From an uncultured Candidatus Saccharibacteria bacterium (GTDB taxonomy: Bacteria > Patescibacteriota > Minisyncoccia > UBA6257 > Colwellbacteraceae), in NCBI GenBank assembly GCA_964643135.1, contig CAZXPC010000001.1, forward strand, positions 39,726 to 103,725: a DNA stretch of 64,000 bases. The letters are read 5' to 3'. The notes below the pieces were generated by a model that was not told where the DNA came from, did not search any database, and saw nothing but the letters and a program-made list of their open reading frames with translations. The translations under genes were made by a program, and so were the position numbers. The stretch's first letter is position 1. Every line of letters starts with the position of its first letter. Shown in pieces: positions 1 through 8,681 of the stretch.

Positions 1-31
1 CCAGCAGGCGGTACGGGGCAATGTCGGAACC

Positions 32-370
32 ATGATTATTTTCCGGGTAGGCGGAGAAGACGGCAAATTGCTGGAGTCCGAGATGGCGCCGGTCTTTGAA
101 GCGAAAGATATGATTAACCTGGGTCTCCAGGAGTTTTATATTAAACTCACTATCGACGGAGAAACATATGACCCATTCTCAGCCCAGACTCTTAAGGTTT
201 TGGAACCGACTCACCAGTCGTTTAAGAAGAGGATAATCGACGCTTCAAGGAGAAAGTATGCGCTTCAGGCCGGTACCGCCAGAGAACTCATGGCCGCCGA
301 AGAAGCTGAACTCCGCAAGGCTTCAACCCCGCCGGTTAAAGCTGAAGATGTTCCGCCGCCTTTGATATAG
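32..370 (+). CDS. TraD/TraG/VirD4-like type IV coupling-protein ATPase, C-terminal fragment (5' end lies outside window)
   Basis: The 112 aa align with the C-terminal region of the 589-aa protein at 2151-3920 (shared FRVG..D..LE.E..P.F...D..NL....YIKL.IDG....PFSA.TL block). No N-terminal Walker motifs are visible because of truncation. Confidence 0.5.
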   Translation: MIIFRVGGEDGKLLESEMAPVFEAKDMINLGLQEFYIKLTIDGETYDPFSAQTLKVLEPTHQSFKKRIIDASRRKYALQAGTARELMAAEEAELRKASTPPVKAEDVPPPLI

Positions 371-383
371 TCTAGCGCGTTTT

Positions 384-2141
384 ATGGATAAAGAGACCAA
401 AAACTGCCAAAATTGCAAAAGAGAATTTTTAATTGACCGGAAAGATTTTGATTTCTACGCCAAAATCAAAGTTCCGGCGCCGACTTGGTGCCCGGACTGC
501 CGCATGGTCCGGCGGATGATCTGGTGGAACGAACGTCATTTTTTTAAACGCCAAAACCAAGACGGCAAAACGGCTCTCTCTACTTATCCCGAGGAATCTT
601 ATTTTAAGACCATCGATAAAGAAACTTGGTGGTCCGATAAATTTGAGGCGAAAGATTATGGCAGAGATTATGATTTCTCGCGAACATTCTTTGAGCAGTT
701 AAAAGAGCTCTCAGCTGATGTTCCGTTTCCGGACAAATCCGGGACAGATATGCTCAACAGCGAATACAGCAATGTTTCGAACGGTCTGAAGAATTGTTAC
801 ATGTGTTTTAACGATACCGATTGCCAGGATTGTCTTTATACGGTTTTTTCGTCTGACGTGAAAGATAGCGTCGATGTATTTACGACCGGCAATGCCGAGT
901 CTTGCTATGAATTGTATACGACCGGCGACAATTATCGGTTATTTTTCGGAGTTAGATCCCGGGGTTCGAGGGAATCGTATTTCTTGAGCCACGCCTTTAA
1001 TTGCTCCAATTGTTTTGCCTGTATTAACCTGCGAAACAAGGAATACCATATTTTTAACGAGCCTTATTCCCAAGCCGATTATCTAAAAAAATTGGCGGAG
1101 TTCGACTTGGGATCGCATTCATCACTTCAGGAAATAAAAAGCAGATTCGATAGTTTCAAATTGAAGTTTCCGTATGAATATATGAGCGGGGCCCGCAATA
1201 GCGGAGAAATTTCCGGAGACACGATCTTCGGTTCCAAGAACATTCAAGACTCTTACGCGCTCTATGACTCAGAAAATGTTCGTTATTCTCAAAGTTTGGC
1301 TTTTGCCACCAAGGACAGCTATGATTTTACTAACTGGGGAGTGAAAAGCGAGCTGGTCTATGAAGCGGTTGAGTGCGGGGATTCGATTCGGAACATTAAG
1401 TTCTCTTATGGTTGTGCTACGAATTCACAGAATTTGGAATATTGTCTCAATTGTTTTTCTTCGGAAGATTGTTTCGGCTGCGTGGGCCTCAAGAAAGCCA
1501 AGTACTGTATTTTCAACAAGCAATATTCTAAGGAAGAGTATTTCGAACTTAAAGAAAAGATTGTTGCGCAGATGGACACCGCTCCTTATATTGATAAGCT
1601 CGGCAGAATTTACCGATATGGCGAGTTCTTTCCGATCGATATGGCGCCTTTTGCCGCGAATGAAACCGCGATCACCGATTGGATTGATCTAAGCAAGGAG
1701 AAGGCTTTGGAATATGGACTTATTTGGCGCGAGCCGAAGCCGAACGAATATAAGATTACCATCGGATCGGCGAAACTGCCGGATCACATCAAAAATACGG
1801 GTGATGAGGTCCTGAAGGAGATAATCGGTTGTGAGGCATGCGGCTTGGGTTACCGGATTGTTCCGAAAGAGCTGGATTTTTATCGGCGATTTGGTTTGCC
1901 TTTGCCGAGGTTTTGCATCGACTGCCGGTTTAAGAAAAGAGTTAGCCAGCGCAATCTGCCTAGGCTTTACGAGAGTAAGTGTCAGTGCGGCGGGTCGGCG
2001 TCTCAAAACAAGGTCTATAAGAATTTGGCCGAACATTTTCACGGGACCGAGAGTTGTCCAAACAAATTCAAGACACCTTATCGCCCCGAAGATCCGCGTA
2101 TAATTTATTGCAAGGATTGCTATAACCGAGAAATATTCTGA
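384..2141 (+). CDS. Cysteine-rich CxxC-repeat protein of unknown function (paralog A of 17540-19300)
   Basis: 585 aa with many CxxC pairs (NCQNC, WCPDCR, NCYMCF..CQDC, NCSNCFAC, YCLNCF..CFGCVGLKKAKYCIFNKQYSKEEY, GCEACG, FCIDCR, YCKDCY). Both termini carry a related DFY..K.PxPTWCP.CR / LDFYRR.GLPLPRFC.DCR motif. About 55-60% identity by eye to the 586-aa ORF at 17540. Confidence 0.6.
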   Translation: MDKETKNCQNCKREFLIDRKDFDFYAKIKVPAPTWCPDCRMVRRMIWWNERHFFKRQNQDGKTALSTYPEESYFKTIDKETWWSDKFEAKDYGRDYDFSRTFFEQLKELSADVPFPDKSGTDMLNSEYSNVSNGLKNCYMCFNDTDCQDCLYTVFSSDVKDSVDVFTTGNAESCYELYTTGDNYRLFFGVRSRGSRESYFLSHAFNCSNCFACINLRNKEYHIFNEPYSQADYLKKLAEFDLGSHSSLQEIKSRFDSFKLKFPYEYMSGARNSGEISGDTIFGSKNIQDSYALYDSENVRYSQSLAFATKDSYDFTNWGVKSELVYEAVECGDSIRNIKFSYGCATNSQNLEYCLNCFSSEDCFGCVGLKKAKYCIFNKQYSKEEYFELKEKIVAQMDTAPYIDKLGRIYRYGEFFPIDMAPFAANETAITDWIDLSKEKALEYGLIWREPKPNEYKITIGSAKLPDHIKNTGDEVLKEIIGCEACGLGYRIVPKELDFYRRFGLPLPRFCIDCRFKKRVSQRNLPRLYESKCQCGGSASQNKVYKNLAEHFHGTESCPNKFKTPYRPEDPRIIYCKDCYNREIF

Positions 2142-2150
2142 TCAAGAATA

Positions 2151-3920
2151 TTAACCGTATCTTTCGCGGTCGTCGGTGTCATCATCGTCTTCAACTTTCA
2201 GGCTGTTTTTTAAGGTTGCGGCGAGGGAATCTGCGTTCTCTTCTTCGGAATTCTTGATGTGGTGCTTCGTCTCTTCATGAGGCTTAAGGTCCGATAAGGA
2301 AATTGTTTTTTCGGTTGAAACCGGCCGGGCGCCCGGGCGCTCATGCCGGCGTTCTTCCGGTTTTTTCTTCTTAGCATCAAATTCGATGCCAAGATTGGCG
2401 AGATCGGCGATATATTCGTTGGCCGCGGCGGCTCTCGGGGCAGGCCTGTTGAAGACGCTTGTTTTTGCCGAAGGTGCGCCCTTGGCCCCTCCGCCGCTCG
2501 ATGGCTGCCGTGCCGGCGCCGGTTTTTCTTGTTCCGCGCTGACCCGGCCAGCCCATTCGTTGATCTCTCTTTCGACTGAATCGCGGGAACGGCCGTAAAG
2601 CTTGCGGGATGATTCAATGATCTTTTCCTTCATGCCTTCTGAGGCAGGGAGCTCGATAGGCGGCAGAGTGTGCGCCGAAAACGGCCGGCTCGTGATGCCG
2701 TCGATCATAAGTTTTATATAAATAGAATAATTAGGTAGATTGACGATATCTTGAATGGTGAATTCAGGAGTAAATTCATTTTCGAGGAACTCGGCGTCAG
2801 CGGCGCCAACGCGGAAAACGACCATGGTGCCGACGTTGCCGAAAACGGCATCGCGGACCTTAGTCGAACCTCCGCCTCCAGCCGAAGAAACTGATGTAAT
2901 GAGCTGGCCGGTATACTGATGGGCGAGCGTCAAGTTGAGCCGGTACTTGCGGGCCTCCGACAGAATGTTGGAGAACGAGTCGGTGGCAAAGTTCTGGAAT
3001 TCATCTACATACAAGAAAAAGTCTTTCCGGTCGGCTTCGGGAATGCGGACGCGTTCCATGGCTGAAAGCTGAATTTTAGTGATGAACATGGCGCCCAGGA
3101 GAGCTGAGTTGTCTTCGCCGATTCTGCCTTTTGAAACGTTCAGAAGGAGGATCTTTTTATTGTTCATCAGATCGAAGATGTCGATGGTGCTCTTTTGCTG
3201 GCCGACGACGTTTCGGATGATGTTGGTCGATAGGAACTGTCCGACTTTGTTCTGAATCGGGGCGATAGCCTCGCTCCGGAATTTATCCTGCCAGCCTTCG
3301 TATTCGTGAATCCAGAAAGCCCTGACTACCGGGTCTTTAACGTTGGAGATTATTTTTTGGCGGTAGCTTTTGTCCACCAAGAGCCGCGGGATGCCGAGCA
3401 GAGTTGTATCCGGAGTGTCGAGCAGAGCGAGAATAGCGTTATTCAAAATATATTCCATACGGGCCGACCAGGCGTTCGACCAGATCTTGGTAAAGATGCC
3501 CATCAGGCCCGAAGCGACCAGATGCTTGTATTTAGGGTCCGGTAACTCCAAAACATTGAAGCCGATGTGATAGTCGGTATCAGCGGGGTTAAAGTAGATT
3601 ACGTCCTGGAGGCGGTGGGCGGGAATTTGGTTTAAGAGGTCTTCGACGAACTCGCCGTGGGGATCGACCACACACAGGCCGTCGCCGTTCGTAACGTCTT
3701 GGATCGCCAGGTTTTTAAGGAGGACGCTCTTACCGGTGCCGGTTTTACCGATCACATACATGTGTTGTCGGCGGTCTTTTCTTTTAATGCCGAAGAGCTT
3801 GTCATGATTCCGGAAGTTAGTCGTGCCGAAAAAAACGACATCAGGTTTCTTACCTAGGAAATCCTGAGCTTTCTTTTCTTCGGTCTTTTTCTTATCCGGG
3901 GCGTGGCTTCCGTGGCTCAT
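2151..3920 (-). CDS. Type IV secretion/conjugation coupling-protein-like ATPase (TraD/TraG/VirD4/TrwB family), with low-complexity acidic C-terminal tail
   Basis: Walker A VIGKTGTGKS. Walker B/DExx-like FFLYVDEFQNF. RKYRLNLTLAHQ motif typical of TrwB/TraD family. C-terminal Gly/Pro/Ala-rich linker and EDDDDTDD tail. Confidence 0.7.
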   Translation of the reverse strand: MSHGSHAPDKKKTEEKKAQDFLGKKPDVVFFGTTNFRNHDKLFGIKRKDRRQHMYVIGKTGTGKSVLLKNLAIQDVTNGDGLCVVDPHGEFVEDLLNQIPAHRLQDVIYFNPADTDYHIGFNVLELPDPKYKHLVASGLMGIFTKIWSNAWSARMEYILNNAILALLDTPDTTLLGIPRLLVDKSYRQKIISNVKDPVVRAFWIHEYEGWQDKFRSEAIAPIQNKVGQFLSTNIIRNVVGQQKSTIDIFDLMNNKKILLLNVSKGRIGEDNSALLGAMFITKIQLSAMERVRIPEADRKDFFLYVDEFQNFATDSFSNILSEARKYRLNLTLAHQYTGQLITSVSSAGGGGSTKVRDAVFGNVGTMVVFRVGAADAEFLENEFTPEFTIQDIVNLPNYSIYIKLMIDGITSRPFSAHTLPPIELPASEGMKEKIIESSRKLYGRSRDSVEREINEWAGRVSAEQEKPAPARQPSSGGGAKGAPSAKTSVFNRPAPRAAAANEYIADLANLGIEFDAKKKKPEERRHERPGARPVSTEKTISLSDLKPHEETKHHIKNSEEENADSLAATLKNSLKVEDDDDTDDRERYG

Positions 3921-4012
3921 AGATATTGCTTATTGGCTAATAAGTAAGATAGCATAAAAATAGGAGATTGAAAATTTGATTTTTTCCGGGACTTCAGGCT
4001 AATATTAACGGC

Positions 4013-4582
4013 ATGTCATTGGCGTATAACGAACTAAAACCGGGAACTTTTTTGGATATCGACGGCGAACCGTGGGAAGTCTTGGAATTCGCCTTTTTAA
4101 GGATGCAGCAGAGAAAGCCGGTGGCCAAGACTAAGCTTAGAAACTTAGTGACTGGCCGCGTGATGGAGCAGACTTTTCATCAGAGCGACAAGATTGAAGA
4201 GGCTGATTTGCAGAAAGAAGACATCAAGTTTATCTACGCTAATAGAGGAGAGTTTTGGTTTACGGCGCCCAACGACCCGTCTAAGAGATTTTCCCTCCCG
4301 GAGAAGAAGATTGTCGGTAAATCGGAATTCTTAAAGCCCAATATGATCTTAATTGCGCTCAAGTTCGGCGATGATGTCGTTGAAGTTAAGATGCCGATTA
4401 AGGTTGAGTACAAAGTTATCGAAGCTCCGCCGGCGATTAAGGGCAACACAGCTCAGGGCGGCAATAAATCGGTTACGATCGAGGGCGGCGGCAAAGTTTT
4501 AACTCCGCTTTTTGTGAATGAAGGAGACATAATTCGAGTTAACACCGAAACCGGCGACTACGTTGAACGCGTCAACGCCTAA
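4013..4582 (+). CDS. efp: Elongation factor P
   Basis: 189 aa. N-terminal NELKPGTFLDIDGEPWEVLEF and KPG...KTKLRNLVTG..MEQTF pattern of EF-P. Length is typical. Confidence 0.9.
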   Translation: MSLAYNELKPGTFLDIDGEPWEVLEFAFLRMQQRKPVAKTKLRNLVTGRVMEQTFHQSDKIEEADLQKEDIKFIYANRGEFWFTAPNDPSKRFSLPEKKIVGKSEFLKPNMILIALKFGDDVVEVKMPIKVEYKVIEAPPAIKGNTAQGGNKSVTIEGGGKVLTPLFVNEGDIIRVNTETGDYVERVNA

Positions 4583-4629
4583 AAGCTGATCAGGCCACAC
4601 TCATCCACAGGCGGTCAAGTTGTATCTGT

Positions 4630-4648
4630 ATAGCATATGTGCTATATT
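4630..4648 (+). promoter_or_regulatory. 19-nt motif ATAGCATATGTGCTATATT (inverted arms ATAGCA-N4-TGCTAT fused to a TATATT -10-like box). An identical copy lies upstream of the HTH-murA gene at about 47332-47350 on the other strand.
   Basis: Exact 19/19 identity between the two sites in the same gene-relative orientation. Here it is preceded by TTGTAT at -35 spacing (17 nt) and sits about 37 nt upstream of the glmS ATG. Confidence 0.55.
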
Positions 4649-4685
4649 CGTCTTAAGAGGTTAACTAAAAATAAATTTTCTAGAA

Positions 4686-6527
4686 ATGTGCGGAATTGTC
4701 GGCTATACCGGTAAGAGAAAACCACTACAAGTCCTTGTCGACGGTTTGCGAAGCCTTGAGTATCGCGGTTATGATTCCGCCGGTGTCTCGTTCTGGGACG
4801 GAGAGAAAATAAAAACTATAAAAAAAGCCGGCCGGTTAGACAACTTGGTCGGACTTTTAACGGGCGAAGTGGATTACCCCGACCAGGCGGCGATTGGCCA
4901 CACGCGCTGGGCTACCCACGGCGAACCAAATGATGTGAATGCCCACCCGCATTTTGACTGCCATGAAGAAATTTCTTTGGCCCATAACGGCATTATCGAG
5001 AACTACAAGATTCTGAAGTCTAAGCTCGAGAAGAGGGGCCACAAATTTAAATCTCAGACCGACACCGAAGTCATTACCCACTTAATTGAAGAGGAATTTA
5101 AGAACCCGAAGAACGACACCTCCGAAAAGGCGATTCTGAGTTCGGTTAAGAAATTACGGGGAGCTTTTTCATTGGTCATCTTGATCAGGAGAGAGCCCAA
5201 TAAACTTTTTGCGATTAGGAACTTCAGTCCGCTCATTTTGGGCATCGGTACCGATGAATATATTATTGCCTCAGATCCGACGCCGATTATAAAATACACC
5301 AAGCAGATCATATATATGAATGACGGTGATATGGCAGTCGTCACTCCCGCGGGTTATGAATTTATTGACTTCCGCCACCAGTCTTTGAATAAAGATGTGA
5401 GCGAGATTGACTGGACTGTGGAAGAGGCGGAGAAGAGTGGCCATGAACATTTTTCGATGAAAGAGATTATGGAACAGCCCGAAGTGATCGAAAACGTTTT
5501 ACGAGGCCGGCTCTTAGTCGAGGAAGGGCGAGCTAAATTGGGCGGCCTGGACTCTGTCCAAGAGAAATTGAGAAATATTAAACGTATTATTATCACCGCT
5601 TGCGGTACGGCTGGTTTTGCCGGCAATGTCGGAGAATACATGATCGAAGAGTATGCCGGGATTCCGGTTGAAGTTGATTTGGCTTCGGAATTTAGATATC
5701 GAAAGCCGATTATTGACCCAGACACCGCTGTTATCTGCGTTTCCCAGTCCGGGGAGACGGCTGATACGCTGGCGGCCTTGCGCGAATCGAAAGAGAAGGG
5801 GGCGCTGACCTTGGGAGTCGTGAATGTCGTTGGCTCTTCAATTGCTCGTGACAGCCATGCCGGGGTTTATACGCACGCGGGTCCCGAAAAATCGGTGGCT
5901 TCGTACAAGGCGTTTACTTCACAGCTGACGGCTATGGCGCTCTACACATTATTTTTGGGCAGACAGCGAGGTATGTCGGTTGTGACTGGCAAGCGAATCG
6001 CCGAAGAGCTGAAACTGATCCCGGACCTAATGCGCGAAGTATTAAAACAATCTGATGAAATTAAAGATATAGCTAAGAGATATAAAGATTTCAATAACTT
6101 CCTATATGTCGGACGGAAATATAATTATCCGATTGCTTACGAAGGCGCGTTGAAGATGAAAGAGGTCTCGTATGCGCACGCCGAGGGCTACAGCTCGGCC
6201 GAAATGAAACACGGCCCGATCGCGATGATCGATAAAGATTTTCCGACCGTAGCAATTATTCCCAAAGACAGCGTTTACGAAAAGAATTTTTCAAATTTGC
6301 AGGAAATTAAAGCCCGAAGCGGCCCGATTATCGCGATTGCGACTAAGGGCGACAAAGATATCAGGCATATTACGAAAGATGTGATTTTTATACCCAAGAC
6401 TTTGGAAATGCTAACTCCGCTTTTGTCAGTGATTCCGCTCCAGCTTTTTGCTTACCACTCAGGTGTGGCGCGCGGAAGAGACGTTGATAGGCCGCGAAAC
6501 TTGGCAAAGTCGGTTACGGTGGAGTAA
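4686..6527 (+). CDS. glmS: Glutamine--fructose-6-phosphate aminotransferase (isomerizing)
   Basis: 613 aa. N-terminal MCGIVGY Ntn-amidotransferase start. Two SIS domains (VSQSGETADT). C-terminal ...VDRPRNLAKSVTVE. Confidence 0.95.
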   Translation: MCGIVGYTGKRKPLQVLVDGLRSLEYRGYDSAGVSFWDGEKIKTIKKAGRLDNLVGLLTGEVDYPDQAAIGHTRWATHGEPNDVNAHPHFDCHEEISLAHNGIIENYKILKSKLEKRGHKFKSQTDTEVITHLIEEEFKNPKNDTSEKAILSSVKKLRGAFSLVILIRREPNKLFAIRNFSPLILGIGTDEYIIASDPTPIIKYTKQIIYMNDGDMAVVTPAGYEFIDFRHQSLNKDVSEIDWTVEEAEKSGHEHFSMKEIMEQPEVIENVLRGRLLVEEGRAKLGGLDSVQEKLRNIKRIIITACGTAGFAGNVGEYMIEEYAGIPVEVDLASEFRYRKPIIDPDTAVICVSQSGETADTLAALRESKEKGALTLGVVNVVGSSIARDSHAGVYTHAGPEKSVASYKAFTSQLTAMALYTLFLGRQRGMSVVTGKRIAEELKLIPDLMREVLKQSDEIKDIAKRYKDFNNFLYVGRKYNYPIAYEGALKMKEVSYAHAEGYSSAEMKHGPIAMIDKDFPTVAIIPKDSVYEKNFSNLQEIKARSGPIIAIATKGDKDIRHITKDVIFIPKTLEMLTPLLSVIPLQLFAYHSGVARGRDVDRPRNLAKSVTVE

Positions 6528-8681
6528 CTAGTGTCCGCCGTATTTTTTCTTGAGAGCGGAGATTTCTTCCGGCGTTAAGTTGTTGTAGACGGCGAGCCAA
6601 TCGCTCGCGATTTGATGAGCGGCGATACTTAGATCGACTCGGCCGTCGCAGACCTGGCCTTGCAAATAAATTTCGACTAAGTCTTTCTCGTGAAAGCCCG
6701 GCACGGGCGCCGCGGCCTCAGGAAATAAGTTCGCGATATCATTTGATCCGCCCAAGGCCAACGGCACAATGTGGTCAACTTCATAAGCGCCCTTGGCCGG
6801 CGGGTAAGGTAAGTCATATTCCGCAAAAACTTGCTTGCGCAATTTGGGGGAGACGTTGCGAACGGACTTGGTGTAGCCTTTGACGCAGATTTCTTCGACT
6901 GTGGCGTTGGGAAAAATCGCTCCGGGCGAACAATCCGAATTGGGTAGAGGGCCTTTTATTTCGCACGAAGCAGTTTTGATCCGCGTCAAGATTGGTGGGA
7001 GGGGCGCGGCGGCTGATGAACTGGCGAGGAGCGATTGCATATTTTCTTTCGCGGCCTTATTTGACTCTGAGTGGCGGAAAGATATGAGGCCGGCCGCGGA
7101 GATTGTGAGCAGAAATGCGACCAAGGGAATTAGAAAGGGGATTTTGTTCTTCGATTGCCTAAAAAGATAATAGAAAAATAGCCCATAAATCAGGATAACC
7201 AGGACAAATGGAAATTGGGGGATGGTAAGCGATGCGAACGGCAAGCGAGAGAAAAGATTGATGATGCCAAGTTCATAGCGAAGCAAGACATAAGATATTT
7301 TGCCGGGAACGAAGGCGACGATATTCGAAATAATGCCCGCGAAGCCGGTTGCGAAACCAAAGATCATGGTGAAAGGAATGAATGGCAGCACTAATAGGTT
7401 GGCTGGGATAGTAACGAGCGACCAAGTTCCCATCTTCCAAATAATGAAGGGCAGAATAAAGATATAGACCGCAATTGTGAGAGCAGCGGATTCGCGGAGC
7501 CACGTCCATTTAATTACTTGGAGCTTTTCCTCGACTCGGGGAGTGAAAAACAATACGGCAATCGTGGCCAAAAAAGAGAGTTCGAAAGAGACATCAAAAG
7601 CCAGAATAAACGGGTTAAGGAAGATCATAATGACGCCGGCGCAAATTAGGGCCCGCCCCGCGTCATAAGTGCGGCCGGTCAGTCGGGCGATGAGGACTAG
7701 CAAGGCCATAATGCCGGCGCGAATTGAAGTCTGCGCTGCGCCGGTCATCAGAATATATGAAAGAACGCCCAGCATGGCTATGATGCCGCCGAAAACGGCC
7801 GGCAGGAAACCGAACAGCTTTAAAATCATGTTAGAGACCAGGCTGACATGATAACCGGCGATAGTTACCAAGTAGACTAAGCCGGTTGAGGTCAAAGCTA
7901 TTTTCTCATCTGCGCTAAACGAGGCGCGGTCGCCTAAAATTAATCCCCGCATGAATCCCGATTCGGGTTCTGATATTGATGAATCTAAATTGGCGACTAG
8001 CCGGCCGCGGACTAAGAAAAGCCACCGTTTCAGGAAATTTCCGCCGCCGGTCGAAATGACTGTGATTTTTGGGTTTCGGACGACGTAGAAGATGCCGTCT
8101 TTTTTCAGATAATTTATGTAGTCGAAAGTTGCGCCCTGGTCAGTCGAGAAGTTCGCAGGTTTCTCTAATTTACCGGTAAAGGAAATGTTGTCGCCGTATT
8201 TATATTCCTGATCCCCTTTAGAGATGAGAAGAATATTGGTGTTTGTTCCTTGTCGCTCGGTCCCGACAACAATTTCAGTGCCGCTGTCTTTAACGATAGG
8301 CATATCTTTAATAAGTCCGGACAGAGTAACCGAGCTGCCCGTTTGATTTTCAAAAACAACGGGAGCCGGTTTATCAATAATCTCGAACCTAATGATCCCG
8401 AGCGAAAAAGCGAAAATAAAAAAAGATATTAATTTCATCCATTTTCCAATTTTCTCAAGGTCAGACCTCGAGAAAATGAAGAATAGGCCGATTACTAGCG
8501 AGATTGTCCCAAGGAAAGCGGCGGCGTAAAAGTCGAAAGGCAGAAATGACTTCCAAAGTATGCCCAGGACGAAACCCAGACACACCGAATTAAAGACCAT
8601 GTTTCTAGTCATGCTTATCTTTTTGGCTTGTATTTTTAGCCTGGAAAAATCATAATACGGGCGCGATGAAGAAAAAATCAA
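6528..8681 (-). CDS. comEC: ComEC/Rec2-family DNA internalization channel protein with C-terminal HNH-like nuclease motif (no metallo-beta-lactamase domain)
   Basis: N-terminal DUF4131-like region. Competence domain motif LILGDRASFSADEKIALTSTGLVYLVTIAGYHVSLV and multiple TM helices. C-terminal ~150 aa contain YEVDHIVPLALGGSNDIANL (HNH signature). The usual HxHxDH beta-lactamase motif is not seen. Confidence 0.75.
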   Translation of the reverse strand: MIFSSSRPYYDFSRLKIQAKKISMTRNMVFNSVCLGFVLGILWKSFLPFDFYAAAFLGTISLVIGLFFIFSRSDLEKIGKWMKLISFFIFAFSLGIIRFEIIDKPAPVVFENQTGSSVTLSGLIKDMPIVKDSGTEIVVGTERQGTNTNILLISKGDQEYKYGDNISFTGKLEKPANFSTDQGATFDYINYLKKDGIFYVVRNPKITVISTGGGNFLKRWLFLVRGRLVANLDSSISEPESGFMRGLILGDRASFSADEKIALTSTGLVYLVTIAGYHVSLVSNMILKLFGFLPAVFGGIIAMLGVLSYILMTGAAQTSIRAGIMALLVLIARLTGRTYDAGRALICAGVIMIFLNPFILAFDVSFELSFLATIAVLFFTPRVEEKLQVIKWTWLRESAALTIAVYIFILPFIIWKMGTWSLVTIPANLLVLPFIPFTMIFGFATGFAGIISNIVAFVPGKISYVLLRYELGIINLFSRLPFASLTIPQFPFVLVILIYGLFFYYLFRQSKNKIPFLIPLVAFLLTISAAGLISFRHSESNKAAKENMQSLLASSSAAAPLPPILTRIKTASCEIKGPLPNSDCSPGAIFPNATVEEICVKGYTKSVRNVSPKLRKQVFAEYDLPYPPAKGAYEVDHIVPLALGGSNDIANLFPEAAAPVPGFHEKDLVEIYLQGQVCDGRVDLSIAAHQIASDWLAVYNNLTPEEISALKKKYGGH

